DNA of 64,000 nt from Geosiphon pyriformis uo1 (lineage: Eukaryota; Fungi; Glomeromycota): assembly GCA_016748015.1 (NCBI GenBank), contig JAAOMT010000436.1, forward strand, positions 1,002,033 to 1,066,032, written 5' to 3'. A program made the position numbers and the translations under genes. The number at the start of each line of letters is the position of its first letter. Position 1 is the first letter of the stretch. Shown here in pieces: positions 1 to 11,250 of the stretch. The notes under the pieces were generated by a model. That model worked only from the letters and a program-made list of their open reading frames with translations, was not told the origin of the DNA and did not search any database.

Positions 1-1249
1 TACAATCTTCACACCAGCACTCTTAGAATTACCAAACACAGAGACTGCTTTATGAAACCACTCCTTAAAAACAAATCCTTTGCACAAGGCAATACAGAAT
101 GAAATGTTCAAAACACAAAAAGACAAAAATTGTAACACACTAAAAATGGAATGATGAAGGCCAGAAATATTCTCCCAAATCATTGCGTAGTTCTTCAGAA
201 GACGAACACGAGTAGCAGCATCAACATCACAAGAAAAAACATGGTCAGAAATCTCTACACAGCCACAAAATAAGCAGATTACACTTGGGTAATCTTTATC
301 ATAAAGGCATTTGCAAACAGCAACAGACAGCCTGTAATGTAAAGCTTTTATGAAATATGTGTGAATGCCAGCAGTGCATTTACTAGTAAGACCAGCAGCC
401 ATATGTGAATCAGGATGCCAAACAGAGACAGATCTCTGCCAATCAATGTTTGCCAACAAATCTTGAGTCACAACATAGGTGTCTGAACCATACTCCCAAC
501 GTAGACAATGAATAGAACAAAAAATATCATAAACAAAATGTCTAGAATTACCTGAAACAATATCACTACCAGCCAAGATGAATCTTTCATTCAACTGGGG
601 GGGAAGAATCAAATTAGAGAAAACAGCATAGCCAGCCAGCTTATCAGCACAGTTGTTGCCAAAATTACCAGAATGGCCCTTAACCTTATGCCAGGTGATT
701 TTCAACCTCTTTGAGCATACAAAATTTGCAATATAATGGCATTCCACCCAGCAGCGATTATGGAAATCTGGACAAGACACACTTAATTCAGATTTGCAAG
801 CATCCAATACTGCCTAACTGTCCAAGAACAAACTAATACTACTAGACACTAGAACACACTCAAGGGCAAGTGCTATTGCCTGCAATTTTGCTAGTGTAGA
901 TAACATCAAACCTGAAACCTTAACTTCCATACCCATGTTAATGTCATCAAAGAAAACCACTGCACCAGACTTTATGTTAACAGATCCCAAGCCAGACAAA
1001 GAACTGTTTGTGTACACTGAGATGCAGCCAGCACCCAGACCAGATAAGTGATCATGAACCAAACCAAACTCAACAGAATTCAAAACACTAGAGGTATTAG
1101 CATCACCCAATAATAGATTTTGCACAGAAGAAGCTACCGTATTACCCAGAAATTTAATAGACAAGACAAACTACTCAGGAATGGGGCCACATGGATCCAG
1201 CCTTTTCCAATGCTTAAAGGTCACTCACTCAAAAACACCACCCTTATGG
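1..1249 (-). mobile_element. Degenerate non-LTR retrotransposon (LINE) ORF2 3' part: RNase H domain plus C-terminal Cys/His motif
   Basis: Minus-strand translation gives RNase H motifs VYT(N/D)SSL...GAVVFFDD...STLAKLQAIALAL...LFLDS and WHKVKGHSGNFGNNCADKLA, then CLFCGCVEISDHVFSC. Stops are present; the fragment ends at the LTR starting at 1250. Confidence 0.8.
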
Positions 1250-2261
1250 TGTTACCAGAGGTTTTTGGTCTCTTTTCTTAAATGTTGGTAATGTTGATTT
1301 GCTGTGAATTCACGTTTTCAGGAAGTAGTTGAACCTCCAATAACTGAATTTATCTTCAAATTATCTCCTATAATTTGAACTGCTGGGCTTATAAGTGGAA
1401 TGGCCAATTCCTTGCCAGTTACTTTATGTAGTTATGTTGTAGTAAACATCAACTCTTTCCCAGGAATTGTTCGTCTGGAAGCTCACTAAAAATGTGTAGT
1501 TACTTTGCTGTAAAAGTCAACTCTTCTATAGGAATTTTGTCTGTAGGCTACCCTAATAATTATAATAAGAAAAATAAAAGAAAATAAAAGAAATGTAAAA
1601 GAAATAGAATTTTGTTAAGAGAAACGTTTTCTATCCAGGCCTGGAGTCACTAACAGTTTACTGAAATTGGTAGCTAATCAATTTTGAAATGTTAGTTGGG
1701 TTTTGGGGATTTTCCAAGTACAATAATTAAAGAATTTGGTTTTTCGAATTATTTGATATTTATTTCTTTTTGTGTGTATAGGAATGGTTTTAAGAGATAA
1801 ATCTAAAGTAAGATACATTTTCCAAAAGAGAAAAGCTCTTCTTTTATACAACTTGTTGTAGTACTAGTTTATGAACTTGCACTTTTTCTCTTTGCCCAAA
1901 TTCTGGCAAACTAAAGATACATTTTGATGAACTACAAGTTATTTTGCTGAACTATTGATTAATTTGGGTGAACTATTCATAATTTCGGCAAATTTCTGTA
2001 AATTTCGGCGAATTTCTTATAAATTTTGGCGAATTTCTGTAAATTTCGGCGAATTTTTAAATGTTACAAAGTTCAGGGTATTGTGTAATTTGATCATCTT
2101 ATTTTCTGTTGTACTAATTAAATTATTTTAATTGAATCGTGATATGTGATAATTGATTAAATAATAAATGATAATTTGAAATGATATTAATATACTAATG
2201 AATTATAGGAATTATAAGGATAATTTCATGCTAATTAATAGCTAAAATTCTACTGGTAACA
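1250..2261 (-). repeat. 3' LTR, family A
   Basis: Direct repeat of 10066-11076; TG...CA inverted termini; preceded on the minus strand by a purine tract. Confidence 0.95.
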
Positions 2262-2276
2262 TAATCTCCTCCTCAA
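2262..2276 (-). promoter_or_regulatory. Polypurine tract of family A element
   Basis: Minus strand reads TTGAGGAGGAGATTA immediately before the 3' LTR. Confidence 0.85.
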
Positions 2277-2361
2277 GACTGAGCTCTGTCGAAGTCCAAG
2301 CACTATCTGTAATATTGAGATAGTGATCTAAAATGATTGAAGTAATCTGGTCTGAAAATTG

Positions 2362-2949
2362 TTAAAATTTCAGTTCTGTGAGTTTGCCAATGTATTGGAC
2401 TTTTATTGATTGCAGTATTGGATTTTGTAGAACATTTTTACAAGTATTAAACAAATCATAGAGTCTAAAAGCTGCTCTAAGTTTGTAGCGAGTGTTTGTT
2501 GGTCCAGCTGCTGTTTTGAATTCATTGTAGATTTGTTTTTGTATAACTTCAGGAGTAAGATTTGTTGCTTTAAGTTTCAGTTTTCGTTCATAAAGTGTTT
2601 TTCCAATTTGAAAGTATCTATAGATAGAAGTGTATTCATTGTTCTGTTCATTAAGAAGTAGTAGTAGTTTTTGTTGCATTGTAGTATTTGGTGGAATGTC
2701 AATAGGAGCAATTAGCAGATTTTCTTCTAGTGCCTGCTTCAAAAGTCTTGGTAATCTATTCTCAGAGTGACTTCTTGTTTCTCTTCTATAGGGGTGATAG
2801 TTCTGTAAATGATTTGCTACTGGGGCTGTGGTTTCTTTCTGAATGTATTTAATTTGACTTCCATTAATCGTTATAGATAAGTCAGAGAGTGTTTTCAAAA
2901 CTAACATTAATTTTTGGAATATTTGTTGAATATTTCGGGGAATAATCAT
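2362..2949 (-). CDS. ORF3: accessory protein of unknown function downstream of integrase
   Basis: 195-aa ATG ORF. Beyond one TAA (likely from CAA) the frame continues through the PPT to a TAG at 2244-2242 inside the LTR. Shares ITIN..I.Y and Y.YF..G motifs with family B ORF3. Confidence 0.75.
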   Translation of the reverse strand: MIIPRNIQQIFQKLMLVLKTLSDLSITINGSQIKYIQKETTAPVANHLQNYHPYRRETRSHSENRLPRLLKQALEENLLIAPIDIPPNTTMQQKLLLLLNEQNNEYTSIYRYFQIGKTLYERKLKLKATNLTPEVIQKQIYNEFKTAAGPTNTRYKLRAAFRLYDLFNTCKNVLQNPILQSIKVQYIGKLTELKF

Positions 2950-3099
2950 GATAAAATTGACTAATTATGAAAAGAGAGAATAAAGAAAATTATTTTTTGG
3001 ATATGGGGGTTTTTTTTATTATTTGTTTTTGGGTTTGGGTGTTTTGTAATTATTTACTATTTTTGTCTTTGTGTTTTTAGTAAAGAATTATTGTAAAAT

Positions 3100-4485
3100 T
3101 TAAGTGTTCAAGTTTGGTTGTTGTTCTATTATAATTATTGGTTCTAAATTTCAGGGAATATCTTCAGGATTAATTAAAGGGGAATGTGTACCAATTTGTG
3201 AAATTAATGGTTCAGGATTGTTTCTGGAATGATAGTGTTTCAGTCTGTCTCCATATGCAACTTTTGCTAATATTTTGTCATTAAGTCTTAACTTATATGA
3301 TCCATTGCCTAGGATTTCGTGAATATAAAATGGTCCATCCCATTTGTTTCCAAATTTCTCACTCCATTGTTTTTCAGCCTTAGTTCTGTGTAAGAGAACT
3401 TTATTTCCAACTTTAAATTCATTGGTACTAGATGGTAATTTGTTGTCATGTCTTTCTTTTTGTTGAGCTTGGGAATGTTCAATATGAGCTGCTGCTATTC
3501 TTCTTTTTCTTTCCAGTGTACTAAGAAGAGTGTAGGCTCTTTTTTGGAGTGTCTCTTGAAAGTTTTCTTCATTGATTAGTTGCACTGGATATGTTTCCAC
3601 TGTGAAATTAATTGGTAATGTTGCTGTCCTTCCATAAGTAAGATCAAATGGTGTGTGTTTCATAGTATCTTGTTTTAGTGTTCTGTATGCTAGTAACACT
3701 GATGGAATAAAGATATCCCATTCCTGTTCAAAGTCTGTTGAGACTTTGGCTAAAGATTCACACAATGTTCTGTTGAAACGTTCTACAAGTCCATTTGTTT
3801 GAGGGTGATAAGATGATGATAGAAGTCTTTTGACATTGAACCATTCACAAATTTCTTGTATCAAGTTGTTCACAAAATGTGTTCCTTGATCAGATAAGAG
3901 TTCAATTGGGCATCCATGTCTACAGATAATGTCTTCATAGATGAATTTTGCTACTGATTTTGCATCTGCTCTTTGGATGGCTCTAGCTTCAGGCCATTTG
4001 GTAAGATAATCCACTGCAACTGCAATATAATGATTTCCTTGGGTTGTGATAAATAATGGTCCGACTAAATCAATTCCAACTCTGTTAAAAGGTTGTCCAA
4101 CTTTGATTGGATTTAAAGATTCTGTGGGGTGAGTTCCTCCTCTTCTTTGGCAGTTATCACAAGATTCTACATATTGTCGAATGTCTTTTTGCATGTGAGG
4201 CCAAAAATAATGTTCAAGGGTTCTTTGAATTGTTCCCTCTTTTCCCAAGTGTGCTAAAGACGGATCTGTGTGCATGTTGTATAAAATTGTTTCTTTTTTA
4301 TTCTCTTGTACTAATCTGAGTGGCTGGTTTGGTTTTCTGTGATTTTTATAATAAATTTTGTTCTGGTGTATAAAATATTGTTTTGATTGGTGTTGTAAGT
4401 GGTGTTTTTTGCTTGGAGACCAGTTTTCTGGCATGGTAAGGGTCTCCAAATAATTTTTAAGATTGCTGTAGTTTCTGGGATTTAT
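3100..4485 (-). CDS. Integrase (HHCC Zn finger, DDE core, GPY/F domain), separate ORF
   Basis: H-TDPSLAH...CDNC; GIDLVGP, LLSDQGTHF, NGLVERFN; WDGPFYI. Open 4485-3151 with start ATA (probably mutated ATG). The tail LEPIII continues past one TGA to TAA at 3102-3100. Confidence 0.9.
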
Positions 4486-5313
4486 TCTTGTTTGGTTATT
4501 TTGTTGGTAAGTTGGTAAGTTGTGGTGGAATTGTTGTTGGTACTAATTTTGTTTCATTCTTGAGAGACTATCAACATTGGTATGTAATTTTCTTGGTTTG
4601 TGGTGTACAATATATCTGTAATCTGCTAGGAAGTTATTCCATCAAGACTGTTTGGCACTTTGTTCAGTTTTCTTTTTATTAAGCCATTTGAGGCCAATGT
4701 TGTTCGTTATTATGTCAAATTCTTTTCCATTTTTCAGATATTGTTGAAAATGTTTAAGAGCCCAAATAACTGCAGCAGCTTCTAATTCAGTTGAGCCATA
4801 TTTGAGTTCTGTTGGCTTGAGTGTTCTGTTGGCATATGCAATAACTTGTTCTTGGCCATTTTCATCCAATTGTGATAAGATGGCACCAAATGCTATGTGT
4901 GAGGCATCAGTGGCTAATTGGAATTGTTTGTTGAAGTCTGGGTAAGCAAGAACTGGGGCTGTTGTCAATTTTGTTTTGAGAATTTCAAAAGCTTTTTGTT
5001 GTTCTTCAGTCCATTTGTATGGTATGTTTTTGTTGGTAAGATAATTGAGTGGTTTGGCAATTTCTGAGAATCCTTTTATGAATTTTTGATAGTAAGAGGC
5101 TAATCCCACAAATCCTCTTAGTTCTGTAGTATTTCTGGTAGTTTGAAAGTTTTTGACAGCATTGATTGTTTCTGGATTTGGTTTGATTCCATCTTTACTA
5201 ACTATGTGTCCAAGAAAGATCAAACTTGTTTTTCCAAAGTGACATTTCTCAATATTTAACTTTAATCCTGCTTTCCGTAATCATTGAAAAACTTTTCGCA
5301 GGTAAATGAGATA

Positions 5314-5436
5314 NNNNNNNNNNNNNNNNNNNNNNNNNNNNNNNNNNNNNNNNNNNNNNNNNNNNNNNNNNNNNNNNNNNNNNNNNNNNNNNNNNNNNNN
5401 NNNNNNNNNNNNNNNNNNNNNNNNNNNNNNNNNNNN
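5314..5436. other. Assembly gap (123 N) removing the RT catalytic core
   Basis: N run. The flanks jump from LPLLRID to YLIYLRKVF, which skips more RT than 123 nt could encode. Confidence 0.95.
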
Positions 5437-6240
5437 TGTCATCAATTCTTAGAAGAGGGTAGGCATCTCTAATTGTAACACTATTCAGTTGTCTATAATC
5501 AACACAGAATCTAATTTTTCCATTTTTTTTTTAACCAAAACTACTGGTGAGGCCTAAGGACTTCTTGATGGTTAAATCAATTCGTTATTGAGCATTCTTT
5601 GGACCTCTTCTCTGATAAATTGGTGGCTGGCAGGTGGCACTCAATAAGCTTGTTGACGTTTTGGTAGAGCATCTCCTGTATAGATCTGATGTTGAACAAT
5701 GTCTGTTTTTCCCAAGTCATTGTTGTCTTTTGCAAATATATCTGCAAATTCAGCTATCAATTGTTTTAATTGTCTTTGTTGTTGAGGTTCTAAGAGATCC
5801 ATATTGATTTGCAAGAGTTTTTCTTCCAACAAGTGGTAGTTTTCAGTAGTGGGAATGATATTTGAATTTAGGAGTAGAGTGTGCTTTATAATTTTGATGA
5901 AATTAGAGACAATTTGAGAGTTTTCATCTTGAAAGATATTGCTGTGTATGATTCCAATTTCTAATTTGTTTAATAAAACAATAGGGTAATTATTGGGGTT
6001 GTAGAATGTAACTCAAAATTTTTTCATTCCTTTGGGAATATAAACGTTTGGAATTGATATTTCATGCTTCAAACAGATTTGTTCATTGGATTCAAAGATT
6101 TGTTGTGTAGTGGTGGGTTTTGAGCAAGTGTAAATTTCGTGATGTTCTCCAAAAGGTGAAATGGTAATTGGCTGAAGAAGTTGAAGAATCTGATGAGATT
6201 CATTTTGTATATTAAGAACTATGTTTACTGGAACTGTAAA

Positions 6241-6672
6241 TCGTCCAGTTGAACCAAAACCTTGAGTTCCTCTTTCACTTTTTTCCAATTGTTCTCTGTT
6301 GTTTACTGATTGTAAACCCGAAATGTTGATTAAGGGTAAGTAAATTGCTTGAGCAATTTTTTCAGCATGTTCAATTTTGAATGGTTTGTCTGTCTCATTC
6401 TGTAACATGATGGTAATGTCTCCAATGTATCCTGTATCTATAACTCCTCCTTTAATATTAATTCCTTTGCTTGCCAATGATAATCTGGATGCAATTTGAA
6501 CCATTGCTCCTGGTGGAATTTCAAGAACAATTTTTAAATTGATTTTTGTCAAAGACTTTGGTTGGAGAATCAAAGTATCTTTTTCTGGATATCTTAAGTT
6601 ATATCCAGCATCAATTTCGTGTGCTTTTTCTGGTCTGATTCCTTGGCCATAGTTGTCAAAATATTTAAGTTG
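6241..6672 (-). other. dut: dUTPase domain within family A pol
   Basis: All five trimeric dUTPase motifs: DAGYNL, SRLSLA, GGVIDTGYIGDI, KIAQ, RGTQGFGSTG. Confidence 0.92.
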
Positions 6673-6794
6673 TAGAGGTGGTTGCTTTTCAAGAAGATAG
6701 ATGGGAGTGGTTGGTAGTTCTTCTACTTGTTTAGATACTCCAAATTCGATTTCATTTTCATCATTTTCATCTGGCAAAGGAATGCTAAGAGCAT

Positions 6795-7398
6795 AACATT
6801 CTAAACACCATTGGTCATCACAAGGCATAACACATTCTTCACACAATTGAACGTTCATTTGCTTTAATTGTTGAATTTGAGCTTCTTTGGTCGGATATGT
6901 GTGGCTTGCAATTTGGTGGTAGGTTTCTACTTCATCTTCATAATCAAATCCAGCTAATTCCATAGTGTACTCAATATATTCAGCTTTTTTCATTTGGTGG
7001 ACATCTTTTTGAGTGGCTCCATTGATTAATGTCATTGCTAGGTCAAAAATTATTTCAGCATCATGAGAGTAGTGGTAAAGTTTATTGAGAGCACTGTTGT
7101 ATGCTGCATCAAATGGTGTTCCTCTTCTGACTTTTTCCGAAATTGATAGAGCATATTGACAGGTTTGATCACATACTCCTCTTCTCATTGCTACATCAAT
7201 CCAATTGTATTCTTCTGGTAGTATTTCTCCACATATAAGACAAGGTGTGTTGTCCCATTTTCTACTTCTTTTTGGAAATCCAAATCGTTCTCTATGGCAT
7301 GCTTTGCAAAAATAACAGGTACGAGTTTCATATTCCTCTTCTGGAAAAATACATGCTCCCATTGATGAAAGTTTTTTGTTGCAATCTTTGCATTTGAG
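6795..7398 (-). other. Cys-rich (three CxxC-pair) domain between protease and dUTPase
   Basis: CKDC..CKAC, CLIC..CDQTC, CEEC..CLEC; conserved in the family B elements. Confidence 0.75.
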
Positions 7399-10050
7399 TG
7401 GAATATAAAGTGGTTGTTTCTGTGGTTCTGGTGTAGAATATCTAACTTTCTTCCATCTCCTTGATTCTTTGAAAATTTCTTGTTCGGTTTCTTCAGCCCA
7501 ATTGGATGTTGGTCCAAGAGCCATGTAGATTTCAGTAAGTGGCATTTCTTTCTCCTTTTCAAATTCAAATACTGGAGTTTTTTCTGATCGTTTGTTAAAG
7601 GTACCACAGGTTGCAGGTACTATGGTATATTGTCCTTGGTATGAGATTTTAAGTTCTTGAGTTTCCCAGTTCAGGTTTGTATTGGCCTTGAGAAGCCAAT
7701 CATTTCCGACTAGAGCTTAGTATTGGGGTGCATCCATAACAAAAACTTTAACTGGAATGGTGATTCCATCAATTGAAAAAGGGAAATCATCAATTTCTCC
7801 TATTGGAGTCTTCTTCATACCATCAGCTGTGACAATAACTGTTTGAGCTGGTCTGTTTATGTTTTGTTTGAGTTGTTGCATCAGCTGGTAAGTGATAATA
7901 CTTCCTGCTGATCCACTATCTAAGATTAAGCGAATGGGTTTTTCTTCCACTGTAGCTTCTGTGTACATGGCAGTAATTGCTTTCTGTTCATTGACTGCTG
8001 CATTACTAAGCAGAAATGTTGATTCATTTGCCTCAAATTCAAATGGAAATATATCTGACAGATTAGCATTTTGGGCAATTTGAGCTGGGGGAATGGTGTG
8101 GTTAGAAGAGTTTGATCTTGGTGTTGCAATTTCACCTTCAGAAAGTGCAGTTTGTTGAAAATCCGATTCCTCTGGTATTGTAAGATAACTGGGTTGAGTG
8201 TAATAGTGATTGGGTCTTTGCTGGCCCAAATTTCGGGGAACCAACTGGTTATTTGGATTGATTCTGTTGTGGTTATTCTGCAATTAATTTTGGGATGTGG
8301 ATTGGTTATGTTGAACCAATTTTCTTGCTGGTACTTGATATTGTTGAGTGGGTGGTGTCTGATATGGCTGAATTGGTAAAGGTTGCTGATATTGTTGCTG
8401 CATTGATTGTGGAGCTGGTGGATAGTAACTGTTTTAATTTTGTGGTCTTGGTGAATAATAAGTTGGTGGTGGAAATTGGTAATAGGATTGTTGTAGTGAA
8501 GAGTAACGTTGATTACTCCTGTTTTGTTGGTCTCTTTGTAATTTCCTACAATCTTGTTTCCAGTGCCTTGGAATTCCACAATAATGACAATTTTGAGATT
8601 GGTTGTTGGATGATGATCCAAATTTGTTTTGGTTGCATTGTTGTGGAGGTTGATATTTTTGTGGTTGTTGTTGCTGTTGTTGTTGGTTTGTGAAGTAGCT
8701 TTCAACTTTTTTTGTGAGTTGGTCTATCTTCTTTTCAGCTGCTGAGCTGGTTTCTCCAATTGCAAGGTTTACAAACTTGGTGTGATTTGCTTCTTCCATT
8801 GCCATTTCATAGCTCTTTGTATGTCTAATAGCAGTTGCTAAGTCTGCTAGAACATGTGGACGGACTTTTTTAATCAGTTTGTCTTTTAACCCTGCTATAA
8901 ACTGATCCAGAATTTGAGCATCAGAATAGTAGTCATTGGTTTCCAATTGTCGGATTTGTCTGAGAAGTTTGTTAAATCTTCCAAGATAGGTCATAACAGA
9001 TTCAAATGTTTCTTGTTTGATATTGTGAAAGCGGTTTCTGAGAGTGATAGAGGTATTGTTGTTGGTGAATTGTTGTAGAAAAGCATCTTTGAATGCTTGC
9101 CAGTTTTCAAATGGTTCTTCTAAATTTTTAAACCATTCTTCTGCTGTTCCTTGGAGAAAGTAGAAAATTGCTTTGAGCATTCTTGCTGTAATCCAACCAT
9201 TTGCATCTCCTGCTTTTTGAACTTTGTCAAGCCATTCTTGGGGACTGGTATCATTGTCTTCACCAGTGAATTCTGGGATTTTTGCAATGTAAGCAGTTGC
9301 CATTTCTTCTTTGTTTTTTGGAATTTCTTCTGGTTCTGATTCAGTTTCTTTACTTTCCAAGCTTTCTGAGTGATTACTTTCATTTTCCTGTAAGTAATCA
9401 ATGATATTGGCACTTGTTGATATTGGTTCCTGCTGTTGAGTAGAATTTCTCGGTGACTAAAAATCTTCTGGTCTGGAGAAATGGCTAAGTGGTGAACTTG
9501 GTGTTTGTGGTTGAACAAGTGAAATTGGAAATGGTGCAATAGAAAGTGGTAATTTGACACTGGTTCCTTGTTCAAGTGTTTGCAAGTGTTTGGCAGTTGT
9601 CTTTTGTAGTGTTAGAGTGTTTGGAGTGGTTCTTGAGTATTGCTTCAATTTTTGTTTGCCTTTATTGCTTGTTTCTGTCTCTGATTCAAAGTCAAAAGAG
9701 TATTTAGACTGTACTGGGTATTTTTCTTCACAATGCTTAATAATATTAAAATTAAGTTCTTGGAAGTAGGTAGCAAGTGTTTCACTGTTCAGGTCTTCTG
9801 TTCCCAAATGTGAATAATACACTAAATTATTGTAGAAGTTGCTTCTAACTTCTGAAATGTTGTAGTTTCCAAAAAAATAATTGTTGATGCAGTTTTCAAT
9901 GTATTGGTATACTGATTTCTTTACAATTTCAATTCCGTCTGGAATGTTGAATTTTTGCTTGCAGTGGATGTAAATTGACTGGTAATACTCTAGAGTTGCT
10001 GTGTCTGGTGTGGTCACCACTTTGAATTTGTTGTTGCTGTGTTATTTCCA

Positions 10051-10063
10051 TGGGAGAACACCA
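10051..10063 (-). promoter_or_regulatory. Primer-binding site, family A
   Basis: TGGTGTTCTCCCA begins 2 nt after the 5' LTR. Confidence 0.8.
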
Positions 10064-10065
10064 AA

Positions 10066-11076
10066 TGTCACTAGAGGTTTTTGGTCTCTTTTCTTAAATG
10101 TTGTTGATGCCTGTTTGTTGTGAATTCATGTTTTTTGGATGTGGTTGAACCTCCAATAACTGAATTTATCTTCAAATTATCTTCTATAATTTGAACTGCT
10201 GGGCTTATAAGTGGAATAGCCAATTCCTTGCCAGTTACTTTATGTAGTTACATTGTAGTAAACGTCAACTCTTTCCCAGGAATTGCTCGTCTGAAAGCTT
10301 ACTAAAATGTGTAGTTACTTTGCTGTAAAAGTCAACTCTTCTACAGGAATCTCGTCTGTAGGCTACTCTAATGATTATAATAAGAAAAATAAAAGAAAAT
10401 AAAAGAAATGTAAAAGAAATAGAATTTTGTCAAGAGAAACGTTTTCTATCCAGGCCTGGAGTCACTAACAGTTTACTAAAATTGGTAGCTAATCAATTTT
10501 GAAATGTTAGTTGAGTTTTGGGGATTTTCCAAGTACAATAATTAAAGAATTTGGTTTTTCGAATTATTTAATATTTATTTCTTTTTGTGTGTATAGGAAT
10601 GGTTTTAAGAGATAAATCTAAAGTAAGATACATTTTTCAGAAGAGAAAAGCTCTTTTTTTATACAACTTGTTGTAGTACTAGTTTATGAACTTGCACTTT
10701 TTCTCTTTGCCTAAATTCCAGCAAACTAAAGATATATTTTGATAAACTACAAGTTATTTTGCTGAACTATTGATTAATTTGGGTGAACTATTCATAATTT
10801 CGGCAAATTTCTGTAAATTTCGGCAAATTTCTTATAAATTTCGGCAAATTTCTGTAAATTTCGGCGAATTTTTGAATGTTACAAAGTTCAGGGTATTGTG
10901 TAATTTGATCATCTTATTTTCTGTTATACTAATTAGATTATTTTAATTGAATTGTGATATGTGATAATTGATTAAATAATAAATAATAATTTGAAATGAT
11001 ATTAATATACTAATGAATTATAGGAATTATAAGGGTAATTTCATGCTAATTAATAGCTAAAATTCTACTGATAACA
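10066..11076 (-). repeat. 5' LTR, family A
   Basis: Direct repeat of 1250-2261; followed by the PBS on the minus strand. Confidence 0.95.
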
Positions 11077-11250
11077 CTATATATAAGTTTTGAATATTTA
11101 AGTATTGTCCCAAGTGGAAATAACAAAAGTTTCTTGGAAATTTGTGTATTCACCACATTCAAGTTTTTTTAGTTACTTCTTGATATGTGGTGACACTTAT
11201 TGGCTTTTCTATTGTCCATTTTACTTTTAGAATTATTTTATCAACAATGT
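11077..11250 (-). pseudogene. Displaced middle fragment of ORF3 of element B2
   Basis: Translates IVDKIILKVK...FPRNFCYFHLGQYLNIQNLY, continuing the ...KKMENT that breaks off at 22355; homologous to ORF3 of B1. Confidence 0.85.

Larger units (their letters stand above)
4543..10020 (-). pseudogene. Gag-PR-Cys-rich domain-dUTPase-RT-RNaseH polyprotein, family A (single frame, in-frame stops)
   Basis: ORF fragments at 10020, 9360, 8283, 7545 and 5832 are in one frame. Motifs: capsid (AKIPEFTG...WL), Zn knuckle CHYCGIPRHWKQDC, protease LILDSGS, RT RFCVDYR, RNase H LATDAS/ELEAAA. Ends at DSLSRMKQN-stop. Confidence 0.9.
1250..11076 (-). mobile_element. Ty3/Gypsy LTR retrotransposon, family A (dUTPase-bearing); probably a composite of two copies joined across the N gap
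   Basis: Two ~1.01 kb near-identical LTRs with TGTTACCAG...CTGGTAACA-type termini, PBS, PPT, gag-PR-dUT-RT-RH, IN and ORF3. No matching TSD (ATGG vs CTAT). Confidence 0.9.

Noticed and set aside
2362-2949. ORF3 as a retroviral envelope gene
   Set aside because: No signal peptide, fusion peptide or transmembrane anchor, and too short.
3100-3300. Chromodomain at the integrase C-terminus
   Set aside because: Only a GPY/F region and a short Pro/Ile tail; no chromodomain motifs.
7926-9575. Long alternative-frame ORFs overlapping gag (7926-8705, 9120-9575) and antisense ORFs across the elements
   Set aside because: Explained by A/C-rich codon bias of the real frame; no motifs and not conserved between elements.
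11246-11250. Target-site duplication for element B1
   Set aside because: Flanks AATGT and GTATT do not match cleanly; the insertion is supported by the split ORF3 instead.
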